Assembly (NCBI GenBank): GCA_028704635.1
Contig: JAQWFB010000004.1
Coordinates: forward strand, 2,656-66,655
Reading direction: 5' to 3'
DNA from: Candidatus Shapirobacteria bacterium
GTDB lineage: Bacteria > Patescibacteriota > Microgenomatia > UBA12405
Length of the DNA stretch: 64,000 nt
Both the position numbers and the translations under genes were made by a program. Shown here piece by piece: positions 49,511-57,872 of this stretch. Under the pieces are notes generated by a model. It did not search any database and was not told where the DNA came from. It saw nothing but the letters and a program-made list of their open reading frames with translations. Every line of letters begins with the position of its first letter. Position 1 is the stretch's first letter.

Positions 49511-49665
49511 AATACAACAATTAGTTTTTAAATTAAATTATAATTTTAACTTTTTATTCTAAAGCACCCAAATATGTTACTCAAATTAGTCAAAAAATCG
49601 ACTCATTGTTAACTTAAGCCATTTTTCCGTGGTGTGTTTTGCTGTAAAAAGTATCTGGAGGTCAT

Positions 49666-51243
49666 ATGTTAGATGTATTTTTATCGAGAGTTAAGGGTTT
49701 GTTTTCTACCCCAAAGTCTGGAGATGTTAAAGTTTCCAAATCACCTGTTACAAAAAAAGAAAATAAGAAAGAGATTAAAAAAGTAGAAGATGAAAAAGAT
49801 AATAATCGAGTTGTCTTTTCTCCCACTAAAACCGAAGCTCCCGCTCCTGTTGTAAATCCAGTCGTTAATAATGCTCAAATTGATGCTGCTTTGCAGAACG
49901 CCAAAAAAATTGAAGCAGAGGCTAAAGCCAAAGAAGCGGAAGTTTTTCAAAGATTGTCGTCTCTTGATGAAAAGGAGAGATATTTAATTCAAAAAGAAAG
50001 ATCTCTCGACACTCAAACTGCTGAAATTAAAACAAAATTAGCCAGTATTGATGATGTTTATCGAAAACAGATGGAAAAACTAGAAACAATTTCTGGTCTT
50101 GATGTTGAAAAAGCTAAACAGTTAGTCATGAGTAGCACTGAAAAAAGGATGTCTTCTTGGGTAGCCAAAAAAATTGAAGAAGCTCGTGATGAAATTAAAC
50201 AAAAAGAAGAAGAAATTACTAAAGAAGTAATTATTGATAATATTCGTCATGGTCTCACCGATTATGTGGCCGAATACACTGTTTCCACTATTTCTCTTCC
50301 CGATGAAAAAATCAAAGGAAAAATCATTGGTCGAGAAGGTCGAAATATTCGTACTTTTGAAAAAGCCACTGGTGTTGAGCTTGAATTAGACGAAACTAAC
50401 GATATTCGTATTTCTTCTTTTGATTCCACTCGTCGTGAAATTGCCCGTCTTTCCTTAGAAAAATTAATCAAAGATGGTCGTATTCAGCCTCTTAAAATTG
50501 AACAAATTGTCGCTCAAACCAGAGCAGATATGGATAGAATTCTTTTGAATGAAGGTAAAAAAATAACCCAAGAAGTTGGTGTTTTTAATTTACCAATCGA
50601 TTTAATTAAAGAAATTGGAAAGTATAAATTCAGATTTTCCTATGGTCAAAATTTAGCCAAACACACTATTGAGGCTACTAAAATTGCCACTGCCATCGCC
50701 TATGAGTTAAGAGCCAATGTCAATACTGTCAGATTAGGTGCTCTTTTGCATGATATTGGTAAAGTTATTACTGATCAAGAAGGAACCCATGTTGATTTAG
50801 GTGTCGATTTATTAAGAAAGTTTAAAATTTCTGAGGACATCATTAGCTGTGTCGCTGAACATCACGAAGATAAAGAATTTTCTTCAGTTGAGTCAGTTAT
50901 TGTTTATATCGGTGATGCTGCTTCAGGTGCCAGACCTGGTGCTCGTTATGAAGTCCACGAAGAATATTTAAAACGAATGAAAAACATTGAAGAAGTTGCC
51001 ATGGGTTTCCCTGGTGTTACCAGTGTTGCTGCTTATCAAGCCGGTCGTGAAGTTGTTGTTATTGTCGAACCTACCCAAGTTTCTGACACAGAGGCCGAAG
51101 TCCTTAGTCAAAATATTGCCGAAAAACTCGACGAAGAAGCAAAGTGGGCTGGTCAAATAAAAGTTACTGTTATTAGAGAGGTTAGAACTAGTAGCATTGT
51201 TGTTGGCAGTAAAATCAACAAAAATGCGGTAAAAAACGAATAA
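49666..51243 (+). CDS. rny: Ribonuclease Y
   Basis: Coiled coil, KH (KGKIIGREGRNIR), HD (LLHDIGK), ARPGAR, QAGRE, GQIKVTVIRE. SD GGAGG. Confidence 0.95.
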   Translation: MLDVFLSRVKGLFSTPKSGDVKVSKSPVTKKENKKEIKKVEDEKDNNRVVFSPTKTEAPAPVVNPVVNNAQIDAALQNAKKIEAEAKAKEAEVFQRLSSLDEKERYLIQKERSLDTQTAEIKTKLASIDDVYRKQMEKLETISGLDVEKAKQLVMSSTEKRMSSWVAKKIEEARDEIKQKEEEITKEVIIDNIRHGLTDYVAEYTVSTISLPDEKIKGKIIGREGRNIRTFEKATGVELELDETNDIRISSFDSTRREIARLSLEKLIKDGRIQPLKIEQIVAQTRADMDRILLNEGKKITQEVGVFNLPIDLIKEIGKYKFRFSYGQNLAKHTIEATKIATAIAYELRANVNTVRLGALLHDIGKVITDQEGTHVDLGVDLLRKFKISEDIISCVAEHHEDKEFSSVESVIVYIGDAASGARPGARYEVHEEYLKRMKNIEEVAMGFPGVTSVAAYQAGREVVVIVEPTQVSDTEAEVLSQNIAEKLDEEAKWAGQIKVTVIREVRTSSIVVGSKINKNAVKNE

Positions 51244-51307
51244 CTTCTATTGCAAATTAATAATATTAATTTAAAATTAAGAGGAATTATTAATTATTAA
51301 AAAATAA

Positions 51308-51580
51308 ATGACCAAAAAAGACTTAATCGAATCAGTCTCTCAAAAAGCTAAGCTTAGTAAAAAAGCAGCTAAACAAGCAGTTGAAAATTTTCTTTCTGAA
51401 ATAATGAAAGGATTAGCTAATGGTGAAACTATTAAACTTTCTGGATTTGGAACTTTCAAAACCAAAATGTTCAAAGCTAAAACCATTAAAGCTATTGGAA
51501 CTAAAGAATCCAAAAAAATCGTTGCTCGAAGAATGCCTCGATACATTCCAGGAACCAAGATCAAGAAAATGGTCAAATAA
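51308..51580 (+). CDS. hup: HU family DNA-binding protein
   Basis: MTKKDLIE, LSGFGTF, PRYIPG. Confidence 0.93.
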   Translation: MTKKDLIESVSQKAKLSKKAAKQAVENFLSEIMKGLANGETIKLSGFGTFKTKMFKAKTIKAIGTKESKKIVARRMPRYIPGTKIKKMVK

Positions 51581-51599
51581 TTTCTTTTCTGAAATTTTT

Positions 51600-51629
51600 A
51601 AAATCCCTCCGTCTTTCGGGGGGATTTTT
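51600..51629 (+). terminator. Intrinsic terminator after HU
   Basis: AAAATCCCTCCG-TCTTT-CGGGGGGATTTTT. Confidence 0.8.
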
Positions 51630-51646
51630 GTTTGCTACAATGCATT

Positions 51647-52351
51647 ATGAGAATCTTAGATTTAAATCAAATTGAAATAAAAATAATTCAGGGAATTAGA
51701 AGTTATGTTGGTACAAAAAATGTTTTTATTGGAATTTCTGGCGGCGTTGATTCTGCGGTTACTGCCTTTTTGTGCGTCAAAGCACTAGGTCGCAAAAGAG
51801 TTTTTGGTGTCCTTATGCCATATGGTCGACAAAAAGATATTAGTGATTCTATTGCTGTAGTTAATCAGCTAAATATTAAATATTTTCAAAAAGATATTAA
51901 ACCAATTGTCGATCAATACAAAATTGCCGACAATAAATATACCATTGCCAATATTATGGCCAGAGTTCGCATGACCATTCTTTATGCTTATGCTAATAAT
52001 AAAAATGGTCTAGTAATTGGTACCACTAATAAATCTGAAATGTCCGTTGGTTATTTTACAAAATTTGGCGATGGTGGCTGTGACCTTGAGCCAATTGCTA
52101 ATCTTTATAAAACAGAAATTTTAAAAATGGCCAAAGCTTTAAACGTTCCCCCAAATATTATTAATAAAAAACCAACAGCTGGTCTTTGGGATAATCAAAC
52201 CGATGAAGACGAACTTGGTTTTACTTATCTCGATTTGGATAATTTTTTACAAGGTGTACACATAAATTCTGAAATTGAATCGAAAATAAAAAATTTAATT
52301 GATGATTCCGAACACAAGCGTCATTTGCCAACTACTATTTCCATTGACTAA
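51647..52351 (+). CDS. nadE: NH3-dependent NAD+ synthetase
   Basis: GISGGVDSAV, NIMARVRM, GTTNKSE..GYFTKFGDG, PTAGLW..QTDEDELG. Confidence 0.93.
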   Translation: MRILDLNQIEIKIIQGIRSYVGTKNVFIGISGGVDSAVTAFLCVKALGRKRVFGVLMPYGRQKDISDSIAVVNQLNIKYFQKDIKPIVDQYKIADNKYTIANIMARVRMTILYAYANNKNGLVIGTTNKSEMSVGYFTKFGDGGCDLEPIANLYKTEILKMAKALNVPPNIINKKPTAGLWDNQTDEDELGFTYLDLDNFLQGVHINSEIESKIKNLIDDSEHKRHLPTTISID

Positions 52352-52846
52352 ATGAAAACAAATTACGAATTTGGTCTAATTATTGGTCGTTTTCAACCAT
52401 TATGTCTTCATCACCGCCAATTTTTTGATGAGGTTATTAATTCTGGTATTAAAAAATTATTGGTTGGGGTGGGCGAGTCTAAGTTTTTAGATTCGTGTAA
52501 TTTTTTAACTGGAAATGAAGTTAAATCACTTTTAATTCCCAATTTAGACAAATTAAATTTTCCTTACGAGATTATTATTATTCCCGATATTAATAATCCA
52601 CCTAAATACGCCGATTATGTCAAAAAATATTTCCCTCAAATTAATGATACCAATACCTGTCTCTTTACTGAAAATAATTACACCAGTGATTGTTTTATAA
52701 ATCACGGTCATCATTTTCAAGTTATTAAACCAACCATTTTACCCACCCGCGCCACCGACATTCGTCAAATGATAATTAATAATGATCCCATTTGGCAAAC
52801 CCTCGTCCCTCAAAATGTTATCGAATTTATTAAAAGTAAAAAATAA
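52352..52846 (+). CDS. NadM-like nicotinamide-nucleotide adenylyltransferase (divergent motif)
   Basis: IIGRFQPLCLHH (cf. GRFQPFHxGH), IIPDINNPPKY, RATDIRQMI..WQTLVP; adjacent to nadE. Confidence 0.75.
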   Translation: MKTNYEFGLIIGRFQPLCLHHRQFFDEVINSGIKKLLVGVGESKFLDSCNFLTGNEVKSLLIPNLDKLNFPYEIIIIPDINNPPKYADYVKKYFPQINDTNTCLFTENNYTSDCFINHGHHFQVIKPTILPTRATDIRQMIINNDPIWQTLVPQNVIEFIKSKK

Positions 52847-52888
52847 ACCTAATCTTACCTAATTTTCTAATAGGGTATAATAAATTGC

Positions 52889-53410
52889 ATGGAAAACAAA
52901 GCAATCATTGTTAGTTCAAATAATAAATATAAAGGGAAATGGGTTTCAATCAATGAAGATAAAATAATAAAACCAAATGGAACCAATGCATATCATGAAG
53001 TAGCCATTCGTGAAGATTGTGTTTTAATTCTAGCAATTGATAAAGGCAAAGTTTGTCTTGTAAAACAATTTCGTTATCCAGCCAATGAAAGCCTTTGGGA
53101 ATTTCCTGCAGGTTTTATAAATTTACATGAAAATCCTAAAAAAGCTGCCATCAGAGAATTTTGCGAAGAAGTTGGACTTAAGCCATCAAAAATTAAAAAA
53201 ATCGCCGAATTTTGGACCTGGCCAGGATTTTCCACACAAAAAGTTAATGTTTTTCTATTAACGAATTTTACTAAATCAAAAAAGAATTTAGATAAATCGG
53301 AATCAGATTTAGAGCACAAATTTATAAAAATAGAAACAGTTTTCAAAATGGCCAAATCTGGTGTTATCAGAAGTTCTGTCTCTTTAGCAGCACTAAACTA
53401 TTTGTTATAA
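52889..53410 (+). CDS. Nudix hydrolase, ADP-ribose pyrophosphatase-like
   Basis: LVKQFRYP, WEFPAGFINLHENPKKAAIREFCEEVGL, PGFS. Confidence 0.85.
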   Translation: MENKAIIVSSNNKYKGKWVSINEDKIIKPNGTNAYHEVAIREDCVLILAIDKGKVCLVKQFRYPANESLWEFPAGFINLHENPKKAAIREFCEEVGLKPSKIKKIAEFWTWPGFSTQKVNVFLLTNFTKSKKNLDKSESDLEHKFIKIETVFKMAKSGVIRSSVSLAALNYLL

Positions 53411-53485
53411 AAGTCTTAGATATAATCTAAACAGTTTAAACAAGTATTAAAATAATCACTAAAATACCCATGATAAAATACACTC

Positions 53486-54556
53486 ATGAAATTATCAATC
53501 GGAATAGTCGGGTTGCCAAACGTCGGGAAATCCACGCTTTTTAATGCACTTCTTGGTAAACAAGTTGCTGATGCCAGTAATTATCCTTTTTGCACCATCG
53601 ATCCAAATGTTGGTGTGGTTGAAGTTCCTGACGAAAAATTACCCGTTCTTGCAGAAATTGTTAAAACCAACAAAATTGTTCCCGCCATCGTCGAATTTGT
53701 CGACATCGCTGGTTTGGTCAAAGGTGCCTCCCAGGGCGAAGGTCTCGGGAATAAATTCCTTACCAATATTCGCGATTGTGATGCCATCTGTCATGTTGTT
53801 CGTGCCTTTTCCGATACAAATATTATTAAAGAAGGTTCGGTTGATCCACAAGGCGATTTCGAGGTCATTTGTGCCGAATTAATTATCAAAGATTTAGAGA
53901 CCGTCGATAAATATCTTGATGCCAATAAAAATAATTCCAAAGAAAATAAATCCAAAAAATTTGCTTTAGCTCAAAAATTAAAATCAGAATTAGAAAAGGG
54001 GAGTTTAACTGTCAATTTAAATTTAAATGATGATGAAAAAGAATTAGTTAAAGAGTTTTTCTTATTAACTGCCAAGCCCTATTTTATTGTCGCCAATGTT
54101 GACGAAGACACTTATCAAAATATTAAAGACTGGAAAATAAATTTAAAAAATTTTGAAACAGTCGTTCCTGTCTGTGCTAAAGTCGAATTTGATTTAACCG
54201 AATTAAGTCCGATCGAAAAAAGAGATTATTTAAGAGAATTAGGAGTTCAACAATCCGGACTCGAACGCGTCATTCAAAAAGCTTATGACACTCTCGGCCT
54301 TCAATCCTATTACACTGCCGGTATCAAAGAGGCGAGAGCTTGGACAATTTACAAAGGTAGCACTGCTCCAAAAGCTGCCGCTGCTATCCACACCGATTTT
54401 GAAAAAGGTTTTATTATGGCCGAAGTTGTCTCTTATGAAGATTTTGTCCAATATAAGGGTTTATTAGGAGCTAAAGAAGTCGGTAAACTTCGTCATGAAG
54501 GCCGTGAATATATCATGCGCCCCGACGACGTAGTCGAGTTTAGAATCAATGCCTAA
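53486..54556 (+). CDS. ychF: Ribosome-binding ATPase YchF
   Basis: [55 protein letters not shown]. Confidence 0.98.
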   Translation: MKLSIGIVGLPNVGKSTLFNALLGKQVADASNYPFCTIDPNVGVVEVPDEKLPVLAEIVKTNKIVPAIVEFVDIAGLVKGASQGEGLGNKFLTNIRDCDAICHVVRAFSDTNIIKEGSVDPQGDFEVICAELIIKDLETVDKYLDANKNNSKENKSKKFALAQKLKSELEKGSLTVNLNLNDDEKELVKEFFLLTAKPYFIVANVDEDTYQNIKDWKINLKNFETVVPVCAKVEFDLTELSPIEKRDYLRELGVQQSGLERVIQKAYDTLGLQSYYTAGIKEARAWTIYKGSTAPKAAAAIHTDFEKGFIMAEVVSYEDFVQYKGLLGAKEVGKLRHEGREYIMRPDDVVEFRINA

Positions 54557-54619
54557 AAATATTGTTTGGTATAATACATCACCATTGACATTTGAATAAT
54601 TAAAAAATATTCTTAAATT

Positions 54620-54976
54620 ATGCAATATATGAATAATAAAAATAAAGGATTTTTGAGATTTCTCATCTGTAAAGAAGGCAAAGATTTTGTCGCGGTTTGT
54701 CTTGATTTAAACTTAATAGAATACGGTAAAGATCCACTTGAATTACAAAAAAGTATTGAGGAGGCCGCTGTCTCATATCTTGAAACTGTTAAAAAAGAAA
54801 AATTACCAGATTCTTTTTTAAACCAATCTGCACCAGAAAAGTATTGGAAAAAATGGGAAAAGTTCCAAAGAAATTCAATTGAAAAAATAATATCATCTAA
54901 AAATCAACTAAAACAATCCAATAATTGTTTAATAAGTACTACACAACAATACAATAAAAACTTTTGCTCGTGTTAA
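54620..54976 (+). CDS. HicB-like antitoxin
   Basis: KEGKDFVAVCLDLNLIEYGKDPLELQKSIEEAAVSYL partial RNase H fold; upstream of HicA. Confidence 0.7.
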   Translation: MQYMNNKNKGFLRFLICKEGKDFVAVCLDLNLIEYGKDPLELQKSIEEAAVSYLETVKKEKLPDSFLNQSAPEKYWKKWEKFQRNSIEKIISSKNQLKQSNNCLISTTQQYNKNFCSC

Positions 54977-54990
54977 GAATTTAACTGAGA

Positions 54991-55221
54991 ATGGATCCTC
55001 GACTAAAACACATCAAAGTATCTAGGGCTAAAAAATTTTTAGAAAAGAATGGTTTTCAACATTCAAATACAAGGGGTTCACATTGGACTTATACCAATAA
55101 GGAAAAAAGTAAAATAGTTCAAGTAATTTGTAATAACAAAGAATCTTATCCAAAAAATGCAAAAGTAATGATTGAAAAATCGGGAATTTCGATAGAAGAA
55201 TGGTACGAGTATTGTAAATAA
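54991..55221 (+). CDS. HicA family mRNA interferase toxin
   Basis: 76 aa, LEKNGF..RGSHWTY, SGISIEE. Confidence 0.8.
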   Translation: MDPRLKHIKVSRAKKFLEKNGFQHSNTRGSHWTYTNKEKSKIVQVICNNKESYPKNAKVMIEKSGISIEEWYEYCK

Positions 55222-55222
55222 A

Positions 55223-56179
55223 ATGATTAATAAAATACTCATCATTTCCGGTCCGACCGCCACTGGTAAAACAGATTTGGCGTCGAAATTGGCAAAAAAA
55301 TACAACGGAGAATTAATTTCCACTGATTCTTGTCAAATTTATAAAGGCCTCGACATTGGCACCGGTAAAGACCAACCCAGTGAAACCCCAATTTATCTAA
55401 TCGACTTAATTAATCCCGATCAAAAATTTTCCGTTGCTCAATTTCAAAAAGCCGGTCTAGAAATTATTAATAAACTTCATTCCCAAAATAAATTACCAAT
55501 TTTAGTTGGCTGTAGTGGTTTTTATTTAGATTCTCTTATCAACCCAAAATATAATACTTTTTCCATTAAACCAAATAAAATCTGGAGGATTATTTCTAAA
55601 AAATTATCCGTCAAAACTTTACAAAAAATTTATAAATTATTAGATCCTCAAAATTTTTCCAAATTAAATAATTCCGACATCAACAATCATTATCGCCTCA
55701 CCCGTAAAATCGAAATCAAACTTTCCAAAAAATCCCCCTCCTTGTCAAGGGAGGGGTCAGGGGTGGGTTTCGATATCCTACATATCTCCCTCACCGCTCC
55801 TCTCAATCTTCTTTACGATCGAATCGACCAACGAGTCCAAAAAAGAATGGATATGGGTTTTTTAGATGAAATAAAAAAAATACTAAAAAAATATTCCTGG
55901 TCAGACCCTGGTCTTCAAATCGGCGCTTATCAATGTCTAAAACCATATTTTGAAAATAAAAAAAATCCTCCCTTTTTCAAGGGGAGTTGTCCGCAGGACG
56001 GAGGGGTTTTGTCTAATTGTCTTCAAAAATGGAAATACGCCGAACATAGCGATGCTCGTCGCCAGGGCACTTATTTAAAATCCAGGTATAAAGACAAAGC
56101 TCAATTTTTCGACATTACTTCCTCAAATTTTAAAAATAAAATTTTTAAAATAGTTTCCAAATGGTACAATAAATTATGA
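55223..56179 (+). CDS. miaA: tRNA dimethylallyltransferase
   Basis: SGPTATGKT, DSCQIYKGLDIGTGK, FSVAQF, LYDRIDQRV, ARRQ.T. Confidence 0.9.
   Translation: MINKILIISGPTATGKTDLASKLAKKYNGELISTDSCQIYKGLDIGTGKDQPSETPIYLIDLINPDQKFSVAQFQKAGLEIINKLHSQNKLPILVGCSGFYLDSLINPKYNTFSIKPNKIWRIISKKLSVKTLQKIYKLLDPQNFSKLNNSDINNHYRLTRKIEIKLSKKSPSLSREGSGVGFDILHISLTAPLNLLYDRIDQRVQKRMDMGFLDEIKKILKKYSWSDPGLQIGAYQCLKPYFENKKNPPFFKGSCPQDGGVLSNCLQKWKYAEHSDARRQGTYLKSRYKDKAQFFDITSSNFKNKIFKIVSKWYNKL
55731..55770 (+). repeat. GC-rich palindromic element, in frame within miaA (element 1)
   Basis: AATCCCCCTCCTTG-T-CAAGGGAGGGG-TCAGGGGTGGGTTT, encoding KSPSLSREGSGVGF. Confidence 0.7.
55962..56010 (+). repeat. GC-rich palindromic element, in frame within miaA (element 2)
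   Basis: AAAATCCTCCCTTT-TTC-AAGGGGAG-TT-GTCC-GCA-GGAC-GGAGGGGTTTT, encoding NPPFFKGSCPQDGGVL. Confidence 0.7.
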
Positions 56180-57162
56180 AAGTTAGAAAAATAGAAATCG
56201 TTCCCAAAACTATTGTTTTTGCTGTCTTCTTTTTATTGGCTTTGGTTTTCTTTTGGCAAATAAGAAGCATTCTCATAATGATCTTTATTAGCTTTGTTTT
56301 AATGCATGCTATTGATCCTTTGGTTTGTCGTCTTCAGAGAATTAAAATCCCCAGAATTCTCGCAATTTTAATTGTCTACATTTTGGTTTTTGGTGTTATT
56401 TCTTTTTGTATTGCTGGTATTATTCCAATTTTAATTGAGCAAACAGCTGGCTTAATCAACAGCCTACCTCAAATTACTCAAAATATTAAAATTTTTAGCG
56501 AAAATCGTTTTTTTAGCGAAAACAACATTGATTTAACTTCTCAATTAAAAGTCTTAGAAACTATTCCTGCCAATCTTACCCAAATAGTTTTTTCAGTTGT
56601 TTCCAATGTTTTTTCTACATTAGTAATTTTAGTAATCACTTTTTATCTCCTTTTAGAAAAGAAAAATTTTCCAAAATATGGAGATGATTTTTTTGGAGAA
56701 AAAGGCAAAACTAGATTTTTAAAAATAATGGATAATTTAGAAGTAAGTCTCGGAAGCTGGGTCAGTGCTGAATTTCTTTTAATGTCTATCATTGGTATTC
56801 TTTCATATTTTGGCTATTTAGCTCTTGGTCTAAAGTATGCTGTTCCATTGGCTATTATCGCTGGTCTTTTAGAAGCCGTTCCTAATATTGGTCCTATTAT
56901 TGCCACTGTTCTTGCTGGCTTAGTAGGGTTAACAGTTTCTCCATTAATCGCTCTTTTTACTGTCATTTTTGGAATTTTAGTTCAACAATTGGAAAATAAT
57001 TTTATAGTTCCAAAAATTATGAGTAAGACTATTGGTCTAAATCCAATAATGACCATTATTTTAATTGCGGCAGGTGGTCAAATCGCTGGAATGGGTGGTG
57101 CATTATTAGCCATACCTCTCTTTTTAACGGCTCAAGCTATATTTAGAGGATTTTCAAAATAA
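56176..57162 (+). CDS. AI-2E family (PerM/TqsA-like) transporter
   Basis: LEAVPNIGP, VQQLENNFIVPKIM..GLNP, GALLAIP. Confidence 0.92.
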   Translation: MKVRKIEIVPKTIVFAVFFLLALVFFWQIRSILIMIFISFVLMHAIDPLVCRLQRIKIPRILAILIVYILVFGVISFCIAGIIPILIEQTAGLINSLPQITQNIKIFSENRFFSENNIDLTSQLKVLETIPANLTQIVFSVVSNVFSTLVILVITFYLLLEKKNFPKYGDDFFGEKGKTRFLKIMDNLEVSLGSWVSAEFLLMSIIGILSYFGYLALGLKYAVPLAIIAGLLEAVPNIGPIIATVLAGLVGLTVSPLIALFTVIFGILVQQLENNFIVPKIMSKTIGLNPIMTIILIAAGGQIAGMGGALLAIPLFLTAQAIFRGFSK

Positions 57163-57166
57163 AAAA

Positions 57167-57419
57167 ATCCCAAAGACATTGATAAGCCGGATTTTGTTTA
57201 GAGGCCATCAATCTATTCTCTCTACCTGAGGCTCTCAAAAGCTAGATATTAACGCCTCATCTTGAGATTTCCACCAGAAGGATGCTCGTTTCACATTTCT
57301 CGTCTCTGTAGCATTGCCCCTCGATCACTCGAGACTCTATCTTTTTGAGTTCTGTGCTTTTTGTGGTCCGGACTTTCCTCTCCGATAAATCGGAGTCAGC
57401 CTCTCAATCTCTTTAGGAT
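57167..57419 (-). ncRNA. rnpB: RNase P RNA, minimal type-A-like (~253 nt)
   Basis: CR-I GAGGAAAGTCCGGAC and CR-V AACAAAATCCGGCTTA. P1 ATCCTAAAGAGATTGA/TCAATGTCTTTGGGAT, P2 GAGGCTG/TGGCCTC, P9 CTCGA-GTGA-TCGAG, GGTA in L15. TATAAT upstream. Confidence 0.93.
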
Positions 57420-57446
57420 GGTTAAATTATAACTTTTAATCTCTGT

Positions 57447-57481
57447 AAAAACAAATATCCCCCGATGTGCACCGGGGGATA
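57447..57481 (-). terminator. Terminator after the 58-aa gene
   Basis: TATCCCCCG-N8-CGGGGGATA, followed by TTTGTTTTT on the minus strand. Confidence 0.8.
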
Positions 57482-57503
57482 ATAATTCAAATCTGTATCT
57501 TAT

Positions 57504-57680
57504 TTATTTTAATAAAGCTGCGTCAGCTGCTGATAAGATTTTAAACATTTTGGTTCCAGTTTCAGGATCCATAGTTTGAGCTGCTGGTCGACCGTTTTTC
57601 AACATAACTTTTTCAACTTTACTTACATCGACCTCAACAGATTTACGTGATTTTACATTATAAAATTTAATTGTTGGCAT
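57504..57680 (-). CDS. 58-aa basic protein, CC1/DUF5679-like putative nucleic-acid-binding protein (not in the ORF track)
   Basis: MPTIKFYNVKSRKSVEVDVSKVEKVMLKNGRPAAQTMDPETGTKMFKILSAADAALLK. Strong SD AAGGGAGGTGA; terminator follows. Confidence 0.85.
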   Translation of the reverse strand: MPTIKFYNVKSRKSVEVDVSKVEKVMLKNGRPAAQTMDPETGTKMFKILSAADAALLK

Positions 57681-57712
57681 TAATCTTTCACCTCCCTTAA
57701 AAATAATAATTT

Positions 57713-57820
57713 CTAATAACCATATTTAAGATAATAAATTACTATTATCGCCGCAATCAAAACTAAGCTTAATACCAAACTCCTTAATAAATCTTTTTTA
57801 ATATATTTATTTTCGTTCAT
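57713..57820 (-). CDS. 35-aa single-TM microprotein (not in the ORF track)
   Basis: MNENKYIKKDLLRSLVLSLVLIAAIIVIYYLKYGY. TGnTATACT ~17 nt upstream. Confidence 0.6.
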   Translation of the reverse strand: MNENKYIKKDLLRSLVLSLVLIAAIIVIYYLKYGY

Positions 57821-57872
57821 TTTATATTTCTATCGCCAGTATAGCATATTGTTTTGCTACAATTAGTAATCG

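Noticed and set aside
49511-49665. 6S RNA upstream of rny
   Set aside because: Position is suggestive, but no long rod with a central bubble could be folded.
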